Shown piece by piece: positions 59,555-62,169 of a stretch of 62,169 nt of DNA; the first letter of the stretch is position 1, and each line of letters begins with the position of its first letter. The stretch is taken from contig NW_026370633.1 in the NCBI RefSeq assembly GCF_001194135.2, forward strand, positions 1 through 62,169. The letters are read 5' to 3'. The notes below the pieces were generated by a model. The model searched no databases and was not told the origin of the DNA. It worked only from the letters and a program-made list of their open reading frames with translations. Source of the DNA: Octopus bimaculoides. Lineage: Eukaryota. Both the position numbers and the translations under genes were made by a program.

Positions 59555-61704
59555 TGCGTGTGTATCTGTGCGTCTGTATATATTTATATGAGATATATAT
59601 ATATACAATATAATACACACACATTAATATACGCATCCGTGTATGTACGTATGTATTTGATATAAATTGAGGTATGTTTGTGTAATATACATATTAAATT
59701 ATGTATGAGTTATATATATATATATATATATGTATCTATACATACATACACACACATATAATTATTTCGTTATTGGTGTATTGATAATTGTCACTGTATT
59801 AATTCCGATTCTATGTTGCTTGTATGTATATTACATGATTGAAAGAAGGACGAATTGAATGTTCTGGAATTATGACACTGTTCTCCCTGCCTGTGTGTGT
59901 GTATATAATTATATATATAATTACACTAGACTGTACACACACACACACACGTATATATATGTGTGTGTAAGATATGGAAACTATGAAACAGCCGTTTTTT
60001 TCTCCCTCTGGTATGTCTATTTTCCTTTTCTACTTCCTTGTTGGTTTGTAATGTTTCCGTTTAGCGGTTTGTTTGGTCTGTGTGCTGTTTGTGTTTTTCA
60101 TGCCTGTATATTATTACACATATAAACACAGCCACACGCGCGCGTGTCTTCATCAGCATCGTTTTTTTAACGTCCCCATTTCCATGCTGACATGGGTTGG
60201 ACGGTTCCGATTTCTCCCTCCCTCTCTCTCCCTCCCTCCCATATGCGTTTTACTCCATTTACTAAATTTTTATATGTACTCAAGTACCCAAAATAACAAG
60301 GAGTCTCTACCTCATAAACAGGAGTTACACCAACAGTCATTTTGTGATCTTTGCTACCCTGGTATCTATTAACCAATTTATTTTGTTGGAGTTAATTATT
60401 AACTAAGAGGAAATAAATACATATAATAAAATATACATATGTATATATATACATATATAAACAAATAATAAATGAGTATATGCATATATACGTACAGGTA
60501 TGCGCATACCTACGTCTACCTATATATATAGGTGCATATCTTGGTACAGGACATTGCAAACAAAACGTAGACAAGAAAATAATAATAACCAGAGTACAGA
60601 AAACACACAAGCCACATAGAGANNNNNNNNNNNNNNNNNNNNNNNNNNNNNNNNNNNNNNNNNNNNNNNNNNNNNNNNNNNNNNNNNNNNNNNNNNNNNN
60701 NNNNNNNNNNNNNNNNNNNNNNNNNNNNNNNNNNNNNNNNNNNNNNNNNNNNNNNNNNNNNNNNNNNNNNNNNNNNNNNNNNNNNNNNNNNNNNNNNNNN
60801 NNNNNNNNNNNNNNNNNNNNNNNNNNNNNNNNNNNNNNNNNNNNNNNNNNNNNNNNNNNNNNNNNNNNNNNNNNNNNNNNNNNNNNNNNNNNNNNNNNNN
60901 NNNNNNNNNNNNNNNNNNNNNNNNNNNNNNNNNNNNNNNNNNNNNNNNNNNNNNNNNNNNNNNNNNNNNNNNNNNNNNNNNNNNNNNNNNNNNNNNNNNN
61001 NNNNNNNNNNNNNNNNNNNNNNNNNNNNNNNNNNNNNNNNNNNNNNNNNNNNNNNNNNNNNNNNNNNNNNNNNNNNNNNNNNNNNNNNNNNNNNNNNNNN
61101 NNNNNNNNNNNNNNNNNNNNNNNNNNNNNNNNNNNNNNNNNNNNNNNNNNNNNNNNNNNNNNNNNNNNNNNNNNNNNNNNNNNNNNNNNNNNNNNNNNNN
61201 NNNNNNNNNNNNNNNNNNNNNNNNNNNNNNNNNNNNNNNNNNNNNNNNNNNNNNNNNNNNNNNNNNTAAACACTACCAATTTATGATAGATTTGTTTGTA
61301 GAAGCAAAATATAGTAATGCCTCCGATATATGAGTTAATTTCTTCCCAGAGACTGCTCAGGAATCTGAAGCAATGCAACATTCTCTTTTCTTCCAGGAAA
61401 GACAAAGCATCAGAACGTAGGACCTTCGTTCCTGGAGACTTCTCATAAAACGAAAATTTGTAAAGGAGAATGATAAATTCCCATAGCAGTAGTGTTATAA
61501 ATCGTAATTCGTTCCCAGGAAAATATTTTATCAATAAGATTTATGATACTTGTAAAGAAATGGCAATAAAACAACAGCAGAATGTAAAGAATATTTCATT
61601 TAAAAATGTAAAGAATATTTCATTTAAAAAGAACATCAAAACCATTTATAATAAAAAATATGTTTATATACGTTTGTATATAAAATATGTTTATAATGAA
61701 CCCC

Positions 61705-61830
61705 GACCACATTGGTTCTGGGTTCATTCCCACTGCGTGGCACCTTGGGCAAGTGTCTTCTACTATAGCCTCGGGCCGACCAAAGCCTTGTGAGTGGATT
61801 TGGTAGACGGAAACTGAAAGAGGCCTGTCA
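61705..61830 (+). mobile_element. SINE family A, 5' part
   Basis: gggttcattcccactgcgtggcaccttgggcaagtgtcttctactatagcctcgggccgacc. Confidence 0.8.
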
Positions 61831-61833
61831 TAT

Positions 61834-61913
<80 letters not shown>

Positions 61914-62169
61914 ATGGAAGGTGGACATTAAATGATAATGATAATCGTTAGCAAATGACCCTGTTTTTATGAATGGTGGCTTTTTTTATAATCATCATGC
62001 AAATATGTCTAGATAAGGGAACACACATATACACCTAATGTACAAACACACCTGGTACCTAGGAGCATACAGACACACACACACACACACACACACAGAT
62101 GTGATACACATAAACACACACATGCTTACATAAACTGATAAACAAACACACACCCCTAAATTAATTTGC

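Larger units (their letters stand above)
4002..61265. other. Numerous assembly gaps (N runs), mostly flanked by (TA)n or tandem arrays
   Basis: About 20 N-runs are visible; every ORF in the track that contains X is an artefact of these gaps. Confidence 0.98.

Noticed and set aside
61266-61534. 89-codon minus-strand open frame, and a plus-strand acceptor near 61397 as exon 2 of the divergent gene
   Set aside because: No recognisable domain; the phase-compatible plus frame lacks a good donor before its stop.
2214-61830. tRNA-like A/B-box sequences as tRNA genes
   Set aside because: They head multi-copy SINEs with long non-tRNA bodies, and I cannot fold a complete cloverleaf.
2-62169. Most ORF-track entries (X-containing, YI/CV/HT/poly-V/poly-M rich)
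   Set aside because: They arise from N-gaps, microsatellites or SINEs and show no domain signal.

Overview
Eukaryotic, AT-rich, microsatellite- and SINE-dense draft-assembly window with many N-gaps. The repeat families look like those of coleoid cephalopods, most likely Octopus (inference). Two genes are solid, both on the minus strand. (1) A PRPSAP gene (non-catalytic PRPP synthase-associated protein) with 8 phase-consistent GT-AG coding exons at 25027-33307, a perfect ETS-CRE element upstream, and a terminal exon that is not visible and probably lies in a gap. (2) A ~9.7-kb uninterrupted ORF (37652-47359, ~3235 aa) encoding ~19 C2H2 fingers. Two further genes are tentative: the 3' end of an unidentified minus-strand gene (3251-8548, with a 28-nt micro-exon and a GPI-signal-like tail) and a divergent plus-strand first exon (57390-57426). 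The best candidate for an undescribed system is the giant zinc-finger protein. It carries three widely spaced copies of the same DNA-reading module (RxSHLxR-like / RSDNLxK / DSSNLxK), at least 13 SUMO consensus sites and SIM-like motifs. The recognition code predicts a site of about KAC-KAG-GGG, which matches the consensus TA+CGAGGGG end of the mariner MITEs in this window. This suggests a KRAB-less, SUMO-dependent, multivalent transposon-end binder (hypothesis only). Upstream of it, a near-perfect 39-bp hairpin covers a putative alternative 5' splice donor whose use would create an overlapping out-of-frame uORF. All exon models are inferred from splice signals and reading phase, without transcript data.
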